Positions 30,135-39,723 of a stretch of DNA of 64,000 bases are shown here, piece by piece. Position 1 is the stretch's first letter; every line of letters starts with the position of its first letter. The notes below the pieces were generated by a model. That model saw nothing but the letters and a program-made list of their open reading frames with translations. It searched no databases and was not told the origin of the DNA. Source of the DNA: an uncultured Gemmatimonadaceae bacterium (GTDB taxonomy: Bacteria; Gemmatimonadota; Gemmatimonadetes; Gemmatimonadales; Gemmatimonadaceae); assembly GCA_963781585.1 (NCBI GenBank), contig CAWAGQ010000004.1:928001-992000 (forward strand), in the 5' to 3' direction. Position numbers and translations under genes: made by a program.

Positions 30135-31493
30135 TCAGGCCGGCGCAGGGCTCTCGTCGCGGCCCGCCATATCCAGCCCTTCGGCCGTCGGGATCATGCC
30201 GGGATTCCACACTTTCTCGCTCCGGGCCACGAATGCGGTGGCGGTAAGATCGCCGCAGACATTGACCGTGGTACGGGTCATGTCGAGGATACGATCGATG
30301 CCCAGGATTATCGCGATCCCTTCCGGTGGCACACCGAACATCGCGAGAATACCGACCAGCAGGGGAATCGAACCGCCCGGGACTCCCGCCGCCCCGACCG
30401 CCGTCAGCACCGCCATGATCATGACGACGATCATCTGTCCCAGGTTGAGGTTGATGCCGAACACCTGGCACAGGAAGATCACCGTCATGCCTTCGTAGAG
30501 TGCGGTTCCGTTCATGCACATCGTGCTCCCCAGTGGGAGCACGAACCCGGCGATGTTGACCGGTATGCCGAGGTTCTGCTCGGCGGTGGCAATCGCGGTG
30601 GGGAGTGTCGCGCTGCTTGAACTGGTGGAGAACGCGGTGACCAGTGCCGACCGGATGCGCGAGAAGAAACGCAGCGGCGACATGCCGACCAGGAACCGCA
30701 CGATCGCCGAGAGGTTGATCACCACATGCAGAATGAGCGCGCCGAGGACCGCAATGACGTAGCCGGCCAGCGGCTTGAGGAGATGGAATCCGAACCGCGA
30801 CGTCACGCCGAAGATCAACCCGGTCACGCCGTAGGGCGCCAGCCGCATGGCGATCTCGACGATCTTGATCACCACGTCGTTCAACGCCTCCAGCACGCCG
30901 ATCATCGGCTTCGCGCGCTCTTCCTTGATCAGGGTCAGCGCCGCGCCGAACATGATTCCGAAGAAGATGATGCCGAGCATGTCGAGATCGGCCGCCGACT
31001 TGACCGGATTCCGGGTGACGATGTTGACGAGCGTCTGGATCCCGAAGTTGGTGTTCTGCGAGGCCTGCACGGTGGTCGACGCGTCGCTCGCGTAGGTCCG
31101 GAGGAGCTCCTGCCGAATCGCGGGATCGAGACTCGCGCCGGGGTGAATGAGGGAAACGAGAATGAGACCGAGCGTCGCGGCCAGCACGGTCGACGCGAGG
31201 AAGTAGCCGATCGCCTTGAGGCCGACCCGCCCGATGCGGCGGATGTCGCCCAGTCCCGCCACCCCGAGCGAGATCGACGCGAAGACGAGCGGGATGACGA
31301 TCATGAACAGGAGCCGGAGGAATATCTGTCCCACCGGTCCCGCCAGATACTTGTTGACCCACTCCACCAGCGGATGCGCTCCGCCGAGCGTCTGATTCGC
31401 GAGGGTGCCAAGCACGGCTCCGACCAGGAGACCCAGCAGGATCTTCGTGTGGAGCTTCATCCCCTTGCCGGAAGAACCAATTGGTTCGGACAT
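30135..31493 (-). CDS. Dicarboxylate/amino acid:cation symporter (GltP/DAACS family)
   Basis: FLRLLFMIVIPLVF, AFSTSSSSATLP, CMNGTALY, GAAGVPG and IDRILDMTRTTVNVCGD. Confidence 0.93.
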   Translation of the reverse strand: MSEPIGSSGKGMKLHTKILLGLLVGAVLGTLANQTLGGAHPLVEWVNKYLAGPVGQIFLRLLFMIVIPLVFASISLGVAGLGDIRRIGRVGLKAIGYFLASTVLAATLGLILVSLIHPGASLDPAIRQELLRTYASDASTTVQASQNTNFGIQTLVNIVTRNPVKSAADLDMLGIIFFGIMFGAALTLIKEERAKPMIGVLEALNDVVIKIVEIAMRLAPYGVTGLIFGVTSRFGFHLLKPLAGYVIAVLGALILHVVINLSAIVRFLVGMSPLRFFSRIRSALVTAFSTSSSSATLPTAIATAEQNLGIPVNIAGFVLPLGSTMCMNGTALYEGMTVIFLCQVFGINLNLGQMIVVMIMAVLTAVGAAGVPGGSIPLLVGILAMFGVPPEGIAIILGIDRILDMTRTTVNVCGDLTATAFVARSEKVWNPGMIPTAEGLDMAGRDESPAPA

Positions 31494-31641
31494 GGCGAGC
31501 GGTCAGTGGGCGGAGGTCAGGCCGTGAGCAGTGCAGCGTTGGTGGAGGGCGACAAGTCCGACCTCCGGGGGATCTCTTCCCGAGTGCCGTGCCGCGAATG
31601 GCGGCCGACGCCCGGGCGTCGGCCGCCAATGCGCGGCGCGC

Positions 31642-33195
31642 TCACGACGTCCCGCCCGACGGGCGGCCGTGCCGGAGCACGGAGTGCTTGTAGCCGTACG
31701 TGAAATAGAGCACCAGCCCCACCGCCAGCCAGATACCGAAGCGGATCCAGGTCACCCTCGGCAACTGGACCATCAGGTAGAAGCAGGCGAGAATGGAAAT
31801 CACCGGGGTGACGGGCACCCACGGCACGCGGAACGGACGCTTCCGGGACGGGTCGGTGCGGCGGAGAATGATCACGCCGGCGGAGACCAGCACGAACGCG
31901 AACAGCGTGCCGATGTTCGTGAGGTCCACGACCTCGGCGATGTTGGCGAACGCGGCGAACACCGCCACGAATACGCCGGTCAGGATGGTGCCCACGTATG
32001 GCGTGCGGAAGCGCGGGTGCACGCGCGCCATCACCGGCGGGAGCAGGCCATCGCGCGCCATGGAGAAGAAGATGCGTGGCTGCCCGAGCTGGAAGACCAG
32101 GAGCACGCTGCCCATCGCGATCACCGCGCCCAGCGCGATGATGAACCGCGACGCATTGAGCAGGGCCGGCGGACCGTTGGCGAACTGCAGTGCGGTGATC
32201 ATCGGCTCCGGCGTCCCCAGCTGGCGCCACGGTGCGATTCCCGTCAGTACCGCCGCCAGCGCGATGTACAGGACGGTGCAGACGATCAGACTCATTACGA
32301 TGCCGAACGGCATGTCCTTCGCCGGATTCTTCGTCTCCTCGGCCGCGGTCGACACCGCATCGAATCCGATGTAGGCGAAGAAGATGATCGCGGCGGCCGC
32401 GCTGACGCCGGCCGCGCCGTTAGGAGCGAATCCGCCAGTGGCGGGATTGGTCCAGTTCCCCGGGTGGATCAGGAAGGCACCGACCGCCAGGAAGAACAGG
32501 ATGATCCCCACCTTCAGGACCACCATCGCGGTGTTGGTGTTTGCCGATTCCTTGATCCCGATGACCAGCAGGATCGTGATCAGGAAAACGACCGCCGCCG
32601 CGGGCAGGTTGACGATGAACGGGATGCCCAGGAGGTGTGGGGCGGTGGTCCACGCCGACCCGAGAAACTGCATACTCGCGTCGGCGCCGCCGGCGGTCAC
32701 GGCGTTGAAGGCGTCGTGGGCAGAGCGGTAGTCGGTGACCAGCCAGGCCGGAAGGCTGAGGCCGAAGTGGCTGATCAGCTCGAGGAAATGCCCCGACCAC
32801 CCGATCGCCACGCCGATATTGCCGACCGCGTACTCGATGATCAGGTCCCAGCCGATGATCCACGCCACCAGCTCGCCCAGCGATGCATACGAATACGTGT
32901 ACGCCGAGCCGGAGACCGGCACCATCGCCGCGAACTCGGCGTAGCAGAGCGCGGCGAACCCGCAGGCCACCGCGGTGAGCAGGAACGACAGCACGATCGC
33001 CGGGCCGGCACCAGGCCGCGCAGCGTCACCGACGATCGCAGTCCCGGTGGTGGCGAAGATCCCCGCCCCGATGGTCGCGCCGACACCCAGCGCGGTGAGC
33101 TGCCACTTGCCCAACGTCCGTTTCAGCCCGCCGCTGTGCGCTATGTCGGCCTCGAAATCGGCAACCGACTTGCGCGCGAAGAGATCGTTGGCCAC
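31642..33195 (-). CDS. APC-family amino acid permease
   Basis: GATIGAGIF, CYAEFAAMVPVSGSAYTY, FFAYIGFDAV and RDGLLP. Confidence 0.93.
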   Translation of the reverse strand: MANDLFARKSVADFEADIAHSGGLKRTLGKWQLTALGVGATIGAGIFATTGTAIVGDAARPGAGPAIVLSFLLTAVACGFAALCYAEFAAMVPVSGSAYTYSYASLGELVAWIIGWDLIIEYAVGNIGVAIGWSGHFLELISHFGLSLPAWLVTDYRSAHDAFNAVTAGGADASMQFLGSAWTTAPHLLGIPFIVNLPAAAVVFLITILLVIGIKESANTNTAMVVLKVGIILFFLAVGAFLIHPGNWTNPATGGFAPNGAAGVSAAAAIIFFAYIGFDAVSTAAEETKNPAKDMPFGIVMSLIVCTVLYIALAAVLTGIAPWRQLGTPEPMITALQFANGPPALLNASRFIIALGAVIAMGSVLLVFQLGQPRIFFSMARDGLLPPVMARVHPRFRTPYVGTILTGVFVAVFAAFANIAEVVDLTNIGTLFAFVLVSAGVIILRRTDPSRKRPFRVPWVPVTPVISILACFYLMVQLPRVTWIRFGIWLAVGLVLYFTYGYKHSVLRHGRPSGGTS

Positions 33196-33215
33196 CGATC
33201 ACCCTCCCCGGTGCA

Positions 33216-35780
33216 TCACGCCGTCACCCGCCCCGACCCCGCCGCAACGCCGCCCGGCGCGGGCTCGGCCTCGATGCGCATTCCGTAGAACGAGCGGACG
33301 ACGAACCCGATGGATATGGCGAAGAAGACCAGCGCCAGCGCATGGCTCAACACGTGTCCCCGCTCAGCCGCCAGATACACGCCCAGCTCCACGGCAAGCA
33401 GGCCGAACAGCGTGGTGAACTTGATTACCGGATTCATGGCGACCGACGAGGTGTCCTTGAACGGATCACCAACCGTGTCGCCGACCACCGTCGCGTCGTG
33501 GAGGTCGGTGCCCTTCAGCTTCAACTCGGTCTCGACGACCTTCTTGGCGTTGTCCCAGGCGCCCCCGGCGTTCGCCATGAAGATCGCCTGGAACAGGCCG
33601 AACAGCGCGATCGAAATCAGGTAACCGATGAAGAAGAACGGCTCGGCGAACGCAAACGCGAGCGTGGCGAAGAAGACGGCCAGGAAGATGTTGAACATCC
33701 CCTTTTGCGCGTACTGGGTGCAGATCTCCACCACCTTTCGCGAATCTTCCACCGACGCCTTGGTCACCCCTTCCAGGCGGATGTTGCGCTTGATGAATGA
33801 CACGGCCCGGTAGGCCCCGGTCGTCACCGCCTGGATCGACGCGCCGGTGAACCAGTAGATCATCGCGCCCCCGGTGATGAGTCCCAGCAGGAAAGGCGGG
33901 TGGAGGATGGACAGATTCGCCATCCCCTCGGTGAGGCCCTTGGTGAGCGCCATGATGATCGAGAAGATCATGGTGGTGGCGCCCACGACCGCTGTACCGA
34001 TGAGCACCGGCTTGGCCGTTGCCTTGAAGGTGTTGCCGGCGCCGTCGTTCTCCTCGAGCATCTCCTTGGCGACGGTGAAATCCGGGGTGAAATGGAAGTC
34101 GCGTCTGATCTCTTCGGCCACGCCCGGAATCGCCTCGATGGTGGACAACTCGTAGATCGACTGCGCGTTGTCCGTCACCGGCCCGTAGCTGTCCACCGCG
34201 ATCGTCACCGGTCCCATACCGAGAAAGCCGAACGCGACCAGGCCGAACGCGAACACCGCCGGCGCTTTCATGATGCCGCTGCTCAGGTCTCCTGTACTGA
34301 CGAAATACGCGATCGCCATCAGCCCCATGATCGCCATTCCCAGCCAGTAGGCAGAGAAGTTGCCCGCCACCAGTCCGGACAGGATGTTGAGCGACGCCCC
34401 GCCCTCCCGCGACGAGGTCACCACTTCACGCACGTGACGCGACTTCATGGACGTGAAGACCTTCACCATCTCCGGGATGATCGCCCCGGCCAGCGTGCCG
34501 CAGGTGATGACCAGCGACAGCTGCCACCAGAGCGCGCTGTTACCACCGAGGGTAGGGAGCGCGAACTTCGAGACCACGAACGTGAGCAGTACCGACACGA
34601 TCGAGGTGAGCCAGACGAGCTGCGTGAGCGGCGCCTCGAAATTCATCTTCCCCATGGAGCCGCCGTAGCGTGCCTTCGCGAGGCTGTCGTTGATCACGTA
34701 CGACAGGCCCGACGCGAGGATCATCATGATTCGCATCAGGAAGATCCACACCAGCAGCTGCGCCTGTACCGTGGTGTCCGGCACCGCCAGCACGATGAAG
34801 GAGATCAGCGCCACCCCGGTGACGCCGTAGGTCTCGAAACCGTCGGCCGTCGGGCCCACCGAGTCGCCGGCGTTGTCGCCGGTGCAATCCGCGATCACCC
34901 CCGGATTGCGGGCGTCGTCCTCCTTGATCTTGAAGACGACCTTCATGAGATCCGACCCGATGTCCGCGATCTTGGTGAAGATCCCGCCCGCAATACGGAG
35001 CGCGGAGGCGCCGAGCGATTCTCCTATCGCAAATCCGAGGAAGCAGGCCCCCGCCACCGACGTGGGAATGAACAGGAGGATGCCAAGCATGAACAGCAGC
35101 TCGACCGAGATGAGCATCATCCCGACGCTCATTCCGGCGCGCAACGGGATTGCGTAAACCGGGAAGGCCTTCCCTTCCAGGCTGGCGAAGGCGGTGCGTG
35201 AATTGGCAAGGGTATTGATCCGGATGCCGTACCAGGCAACCGAATAGCTGCCGAGCATCCCGATGAGACTGAAGAGGAGAATGATCAGGATCTTGGGAAG
35301 CGCGAGCCCGGTCACCTCGAAGTAGACGACGATGATCGCGCCAATGAAGGCGAAGAGGATCAGCAAAAACTTCCCCTGCTGCAGCAGATACGTCTTGCAG
35401 GTCTGGAAGATCAGCTCCGAGACTTCGGCCATGGAGCCGTGCACCGGCAGGTGCTTCACGCCGGAATAGGTGAAGGCGCCGAACAGCAGTCCGAGCACGC
35501 ACACGATCAGCCCGTAGAGCAGGATCCCGTGTCCCGTCATCCCGAGGAAGTTGCCTTGCCTGAGGTCGGGGAGCACGAGGTTGACCTCTCCCCCTGGCCG
35601 CTCCGCCTGAGCCGCGGCGGACGGTTGCTGCAGCACCGCCGCTGTCGCGGCCGCAACCGGGGTGGTCGTCCCCTGCTGTGCATGCGCATTCGGCACGAAG
35701 AGCGAAGCGGTCGCGCCCACGAACGTCACGGCCACAAGACACGGAACGACCCGTCGAAACCACCGATTCATCGTCATCAT
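33216..35780 (-). CDS. hppA: Membrane-bound ion-translocating pyrophosphatase, K+-independent type
   Basis: GGIFTKIADIGSDL, EDDARNPGVIADCTGDNAGD, DSYGPVTDNA, GNTFKA and GDTVGDPFKDTS. Confidence 0.95.
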   Translation of the reverse strand: MMTMNRWFRRVVPCLVAVTFVGATASLFVPNAHAQQGTTTPVAAATAAVLQQPSAAAQAERPGGEVNLVLPDLRQGNFLGMTGHGILLYGLIVCVLGLLFGAFTYSGVKHLPVHGSMAEVSELIFQTCKTYLLQQGKFLLILFAFIGAIIVVYFEVTGLALPKILIILLFSLIGMLGSYSVAWYGIRINTLANSRTAFASLEGKAFPVYAIPLRAGMSVGMMLISVELLFMLGILLFIPTSVAGACFLGFAIGESLGASALRIAGGIFTKIADIGSDLMKVVFKIKEDDARNPGVIADCTGDNAGDSVGPTADGFETYGVTGVALISFIVLAVPDTTVQAQLLVWIFLMRIMMILASGLSYVINDSLAKARYGGSMGKMNFEAPLTQLVWLTSIVSVLLTFVVSKFALPTLGGNSALWWQLSLVITCGTLAGAIIPEMVKVFTSMKSRHVREVVTSSREGGASLNILSGLVAGNFSAYWLGMAIMGLMAIAYFVSTGDLSSGIMKAPAVFAFGLVAFGFLGMGPVTIAVDSYGPVTDNAQSIYELSTIEAIPGVAEEIRRDFHFTPDFTVAKEMLEENDGAGNTFKATAKPVLIGTAVVGATTMIFSIIMALTKGLTEGMANLSILHPPFLLGLITGGAMIYWFTGASIQAVTTGAYRAVSFIKRNIRLEGVTKASVEDSRKVVEICTQYAQKGMFNIFLAVFFATLAFAFAEPFFFIGYLISIALFGLFQAIFMANAGGAWDNAKKVVETELKLKGTDLHDATVVGDTVGDPFKDTSSVAMNPVIKFTTLFGLLAVELGVYLAAERGHVLSHALALVFFAISIGFVVRSFYGMRIEAEPAPGGVAAGSGRVTA

Positions 35781-35952
35781 TCTCCGAGAGATAGAACCAC
35801 GACCCAGCGCGGCGCGCTCGACATCGCCGGCGGGCAGAGGAAGTCAGCACACGGTTGTGGAGCGTCGGTCAGAGCGGCCACGCTGCTGTGAGAAACCGGG
35901 TCGTGCTGGCGAGGGTAGGTCACCGGCGGGCGGGACAGCCGGGACCGGGCAC

Positions 35953-35983
35953 AAAAAATCCGGCGACAAGTTATCCTCGCCGG
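35953..35983 (-). terminator. Intrinsic terminator downstream of the TonB-like gene
   Basis: Minus strand CCGGCGA-N10-TCGCCGG followed by ATTTTTT. Confidence 0.7.
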
Positions 35984-36016
35984 CGCCATCTTGCCAGACC
36001 TTTGCAGCCGTTGGCT

Positions 36017-36850
36017 TTACATCGCCTCAGCCGTCACGATCGCGATCGCCGTAATGGGTCGTCCGTCCAGACGTACCGCCGGGCGAAAACGGATCTCCAG
36101 CAGCATTTCCTTGATCCGGCGATTGTAGCCGGCGTCCCGCGACGGACTGAAGTCCAGCAACTTCGCATTCCCGAGAGTATCCACCTCGAATCGGGCCACC
36201 ATGCGGTACGGGCGCACCTTCGAGGGAATCGGCAGCGGAAGGATCGGCAGTGCCACCACACTCGGTGGATAGATGGTGTCCGATCCACCGCCGGTACCGG
36301 GCCCGTTCCCTGACCCTCGACCCGTTCCCACGCCCGATCCGACCCCTCCACCCCTTCCCGGCCCAGTCCCCGACGTGCCGTCCGTGCCCGTGCCGCCTGT
36401 CGCCGCCCCCGAGATGGAGTCGAGAACAGCCATCGGTGCGGGCACCGAGGGCGGAATGGGAGCCGGCTCGGGTTGCTTCACCTCGGGCGGCAGCTTCTTG
36501 ACCTCGACCGGCTTCTTCACCGGTTCAGGTTCTGGACGCTTTTGCTGGGGGATCGAGAGCTGAAGGTACCGGAGGCGCTCGCGCGCCTTGAGCTCCGGGA
36601 TCCCGCCGCCGCGGTTTCCACCGCCACCGCCCCCCGAGGGTCCGGCCCCTCCGGCGCCCAGGGGCGTCGGGGCGGCGAGGCGCGAGATGACCAGAGTGGG
36701 GGCAAGAACGAGTAGGATGATCAGGACATGGAGCAGCACCGAGGCGACCGTAGCTCGCGCCCGAGGTTCTCCGCGCAGCGGGATCCCGATTGGCGGCCGG
36801 TAGGGTGGCCTCGATAGCGTGCCTGTGTCAGGCGGCTGCGGCTGCGTCAT
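36017..36850 (-). CDS. TonB/TolA-like protein (TM anchor, Pro/Gly-rich linker, degenerate TonB_C)
   Basis: ASVLLHVLII anchor (SxxxH), PEPEP/KKP linker, Gly-rich tract and C-terminal RFRPAVRLDGRP; an alternative GTG start lies at 36892. Confidence 0.7.
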   Translation of the reverse strand: MTQPQPPDTGTLSRPPYRPPIGIPLRGEPRARATVASVLLHVLIILLVLAPTLVISRLAAPTPLGAGGAGPSGGGGGGNRGGGIPELKARERLRYLQLSIPQQKRPEPEPVKKPVEVKKLPPEVKQPEPAPIPPSVPAPMAVLDSISGAATGGTGTDGTSGTGPGRGGGVGSGVGTGRGSGNGPGTGGGSDTIYPPSVVALPILPLPIPSKVRPYRMVARFEVDTLGNAKLLDFSPSRDAGYNRRIKEMLLEIRFRPAVRLDGRPITAIAIVTAEAM

Positions 36851-36915
36851 GTGGGGGAGTGGGTGCTGGACGAAGACGGTTGGCGTCTTCACGGCGGCAC
36901 ACCACGGAAAATAGT

Positions 36916-36948
36916 ACGGCGGGTGAACCCTGAAGGTTCACCCGCCGT
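36916..36948 (-). terminator. Strong hairpin, probable terminator after the second exbD
   Basis: Perfect 14-bp stem ACGGCGGGTGAACC/GGTTCACCCGCCGT, followed by ACTATTTT on the minus strand. Confidence 0.7.
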
Positions 36949-36982
36949 GGATGGGGCGGCAGCTTCGGCGTTCGCCGCGCCG

Positions 36983-37396
36983 CTACTCGGTGGACTTGGG
37001 AGGCACGCCAATCACCTTCACGCCGGCGCCGCGCGCCACGTCCATCGCCCAGATCACGTCCTGATATTTCACCGCCGGATCGCCCTTCACGAACATGATC
37101 TTGTCGGGCCGTGGGTCGTAGATCTCCTTGAGCTTCCCGGGGAGCTCATCCTTCGTGTACGCCGTCTTGTTCACTGCGAACTGGCCGCCGGGCAGCACCT
37201 CGAGCACGATCTGCTGATTGTTTTGCTGATCCTTCTGCTGCGGCGCGTCCGGATCGGGCAACTGCAGATCGATGGCGCGCCGGAGCATGGGCTGGATGAC
37301 CATGAAGATGATCAGCAGCACCAGCAGCACGTCGATCATTGGCACGACATTGGGCTCGTTCTTGAGGCCCTGAGCCCCCATCGACATTCCGGCCAT
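36983..37396 (-). CDS. exbD: ExbD/TolR family protein
   Basis: PNVVPMIDVLLVLLIIFMV and KGDPAVKYQDV. Confidence 0.92.
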   Translation of the reverse strand: MAGMSMGAQGLKNEPNVVPMIDVLLVLLIIFMVIQPMLRRAIDLQLPDPDAPQQKDQQNNQQIVLEVLPGGQFAVNKTAYTKDELPGKLKEIYDPRPDKIMFVKGDPAVKYQDVIWAMDVARGAGVKVIGVPPKSTE

Positions 37397-37414
37397 TTAT
37401 CGAGTTCTCCGTCG

Positions 37415-37888
37415 TTATGGCTTCTTGGTTCCCTTTTCCTTGTCGGCCAGCGGATCGTCACCCACCACCGTCGAGACGGTGCCCGGGATCTGGTCGGCAA
37501 TGGCGCCCACCACCCGCACCCCGTTCTTCGACGCGAGGTCCATCGCATCGATCACCGCCGAGTACGGCAGGTCCTTGTCCGCCTTGACGTACAACACGTG
37601 GTCGTCGCGGTTGGCGTAGATCCGCTTGAGGGTCTCGCCGAGTGTGTCTTCCGCAATCGGCCGCTTGTTCAGGTAGAACTTGCCATCCTTGTCGATGCCG
37701 AGCACCTGGTCCGCGTCTTCCTCCGGATGGCCCTTCAGGTTCTGGCCCTGGGGAGGAATGGCGGTGAAGCCCGCCGCCAGTGCGGGGGTCACGACCATGA
37801 AGATGATCAGGAGCACCAGCATGACGTCGATCATGGGCACGACGTTAGGCTCCGCCTTCACGCCGCCGATTCCGACTGCCATTCCCAT
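37415..37888 (-). CDS. exbD: ExbD/TolR family protein
   Basis: PNVVPMIDVMLVLLIIFMV and KADKDLPY. Confidence 0.92.
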   Translation of the reverse strand: MGMAVGIGGVKAEPNVVPMIDVMLVLLIIFMVVTPALAAGFTAIPPQGQNLKGHPEEDADQVLGIDKDGKFYLNKRPIAEDTLGETLKRIYANRDDHVLYVKADKDLPYSAVIDAMDLASKNGVRVVGAIADQIPGTVSTVVGDDPLADKEKGTKKP

Positions 37889-37925
37889 GGGAGAAGTCCG
37901 TTAAGAGTGTGCGCTGATGAGTCGG

Positions 37926-38663
37926 TTACGAGGAGATCGGGCCGCCGGCCGAGGCCTGCGTGTTGAACTCGCGGGTGAAGCGCGAGCGGCCGAACTCTCC
38001 GGACACGCCCTTGATGAGATAGTCGATCATTTCCTTGGACGTGTACGTCATCTCGGCCGTCAGGTTGTCGACCTTGGTGGTGAAGTAGTTGTAGAACCAC
38101 ACCGCCGGGATGGCCACGATCAGTCCGAATCCGGTTGCGATCAGGGCCTCGGCGATACCGGCGGCGATGGCGGTGATACCACCGGAGCCGGAACGGGCCA
38201 TGCCGTTGAACGCGTTGATGATGCCGAACACCGTGCCGAGCAGGCCGACGAACGGAGCCGTTGCGCCCACCGTGGCAAGAACGGCAAGGCCGCGTTTCAA
38301 CTGCACCAGTTCCATGAGCATCTCACGTTCCACCGCGCGTTCCGCCGTGTTGATGTCGGACACGGTAATCGAACCGTCCATGATGAGCGGTTTCACCTCG
38401 CCCAGCGCACCGCCCAGCACCCGCGCGACGTGCGACTTCTTGTAGCCCTCGGCGAGCTTGATGGCCTCGGTGAGGTTGTCCTCTTCCAGGAACTGCGAGA
38501 ATTCAGGCGCAAACTTGACCGTTTCCTTCTGCGCCTTGCGGAGGTTCCACCACTTCCCGATGGCCACCGAGAGTGACCACACCGACATGAAGAGAAGGAT
38601 GGCCCACAGGAGTTTTCCGAAGATCGGTGTCTTGGCCCAAATCTCGGCAAGTGAAATGTTCAT
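37926..38663 (-). CDS. exbB: MotA/TolQ/ExbB proton channel protein
   Basis: LATVGATAPFVGLLGTVFGI and GIAEALIATGFGLIVAIPA. Confidence 0.93.
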   Translation of the reverse strand: MNISLAEIWAKTPIFGKLLWAILLFMSVWSLSVAIGKWWNLRKAQKETVKFAPEFSQFLEEDNLTEAIKLAEGYKKSHVARVLGGALGEVKPLIMDGSITVSDINTAERAVEREMLMELVQLKRGLAVLATVGATAPFVGLLGTVFGIINAFNGMARSGSGGITAIAAGIAEALIATGFGLIVAIPAVWFYNYFTTKVDNLTAEMTYTSKEMIDYLIKGVSGEFGRSRFTREFNTQASAGGPISS

Positions 38664-38705
38664 AACGCGCGGACCCCGGCGATGTGAAGGTGAGAGAGAG
38701 CGCTC

Positions 38706-39407
38706 TTAACGACTGATCGTGAACGTGAACGGCTGCTGCACGAGCTGCTTGACTTTTCTCCCGCCCACTTCGGCCGGGATGAATCGCATGCGCGGGAGCG
38801 CCTGGCGCACCGCGTTGGTGAACTGCTCGTTCGAGCTCCGCAGGACCTTGAACGAGGCCGGCTCGGCCCGCCCCGTCGTGTCGACCACGAAGGTCGCGAG
38901 CACTTCGCCTTCGATGCCGGCCTGGCGCAGAATATCCGGATACTGGGGAGTTCCGGATCCCGGAGCCGTCATGACCGGCTTCTCGACCTGGAACTCGAAG
39001 TAGGTCTGATCCTCGTGGACCTCGACCTTCTTCTCCGTCCCTTTCGCGAAACCGCCCTGCTGACCCTTCCCCGTGAAGTCGGCTTCGTTGGTCACTGCGC
39101 GCGTGAGGTCGATGTCGGGAAGGACGTTCGGAATCTCGACCGGCGCGGTGATCGTCTGGAATCCCTTCGGCGGGGGCGGCACCGCAGCAATCTCGGGCGG
39201 TGGCGGCTCCTTCGGCTTCGGCGGCTCGGCCTTCTTCACCTGCACGAAGTCGACCTTCTCTTCCTTTGGCTTCTCGTCTTCCTGCGCTGCATTCGCAGTG
39301 GCGTAGATCGCCAGCGCAATCAGTCCGTAATGCATCACGAACGAGAAAACCGTGCTGCCAACCTTCCGTTGCCCTTTCCTTCTCGACTCGACCAGGTTGT
39401 TGAACAT
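38706..39407 (-). CDS. tonB: Energy transducer TonB
   Basis: SFVMH anchor, Pro-rich linker and PQYPDILRQAGIEGEVLATFVVDTTGR...RFIPA. Confidence 0.92.
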   Translation of the reverse strand: MFNNLVESRRKGQRKVGSTVFSFVMHYGLIALAIYATANAAQEDEKPKEEKVDFVQVKKAEPPKPKEPPPPEIAAVPPPPKGFQTITAPVEIPNVLPDIDLTRAVTNEADFTGKGQQGGFAKGTEKKVEVHEDQTYFEFQVEKPVMTAPGSGTPQYPDILRQAGIEGEVLATFVVDTTGRAEPASFKVLRSSNEQFTNAVRQALPRMRFIPAEVGGRKVKQLVQQPFTFTISR

Positions 39408-39723
39408 AACCCTCGTCCGGAGCGGTAAGACGTTGGTGTTCGCAGACTCGCCATCATTTTACAGCCGGATCCTGAAGGGGGAATGGCGGGAAGATTAAGA
39501 TTCGATGAAATCCGTAGCGCCCGGGCCCCCTTCAAGGCGCTGCCATTCTGCAACCTGAGCGGAGCCGGCGAAAGGGGGGATCTGCCGAAGCTCAACCGTG
39601 GTGAACCGGGCCGTGGCGGCACCGGATACCCCTATCGAATCCGGTCGGCAAAGCCCGCCGACGAAGCTGAACGCGGGCCGCCCACCGCTGAGAGCTGATC
39701 GCTGACGGCCTGGTGCGCGCGAC

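Noticed and set aside
39408..39723. Cobalamin riboswitch or Fur box upstream of tonB
   Set aside because: I could not identify a B12-box/GGGAA core arrangement or a GATAATGAT-type palindrome.
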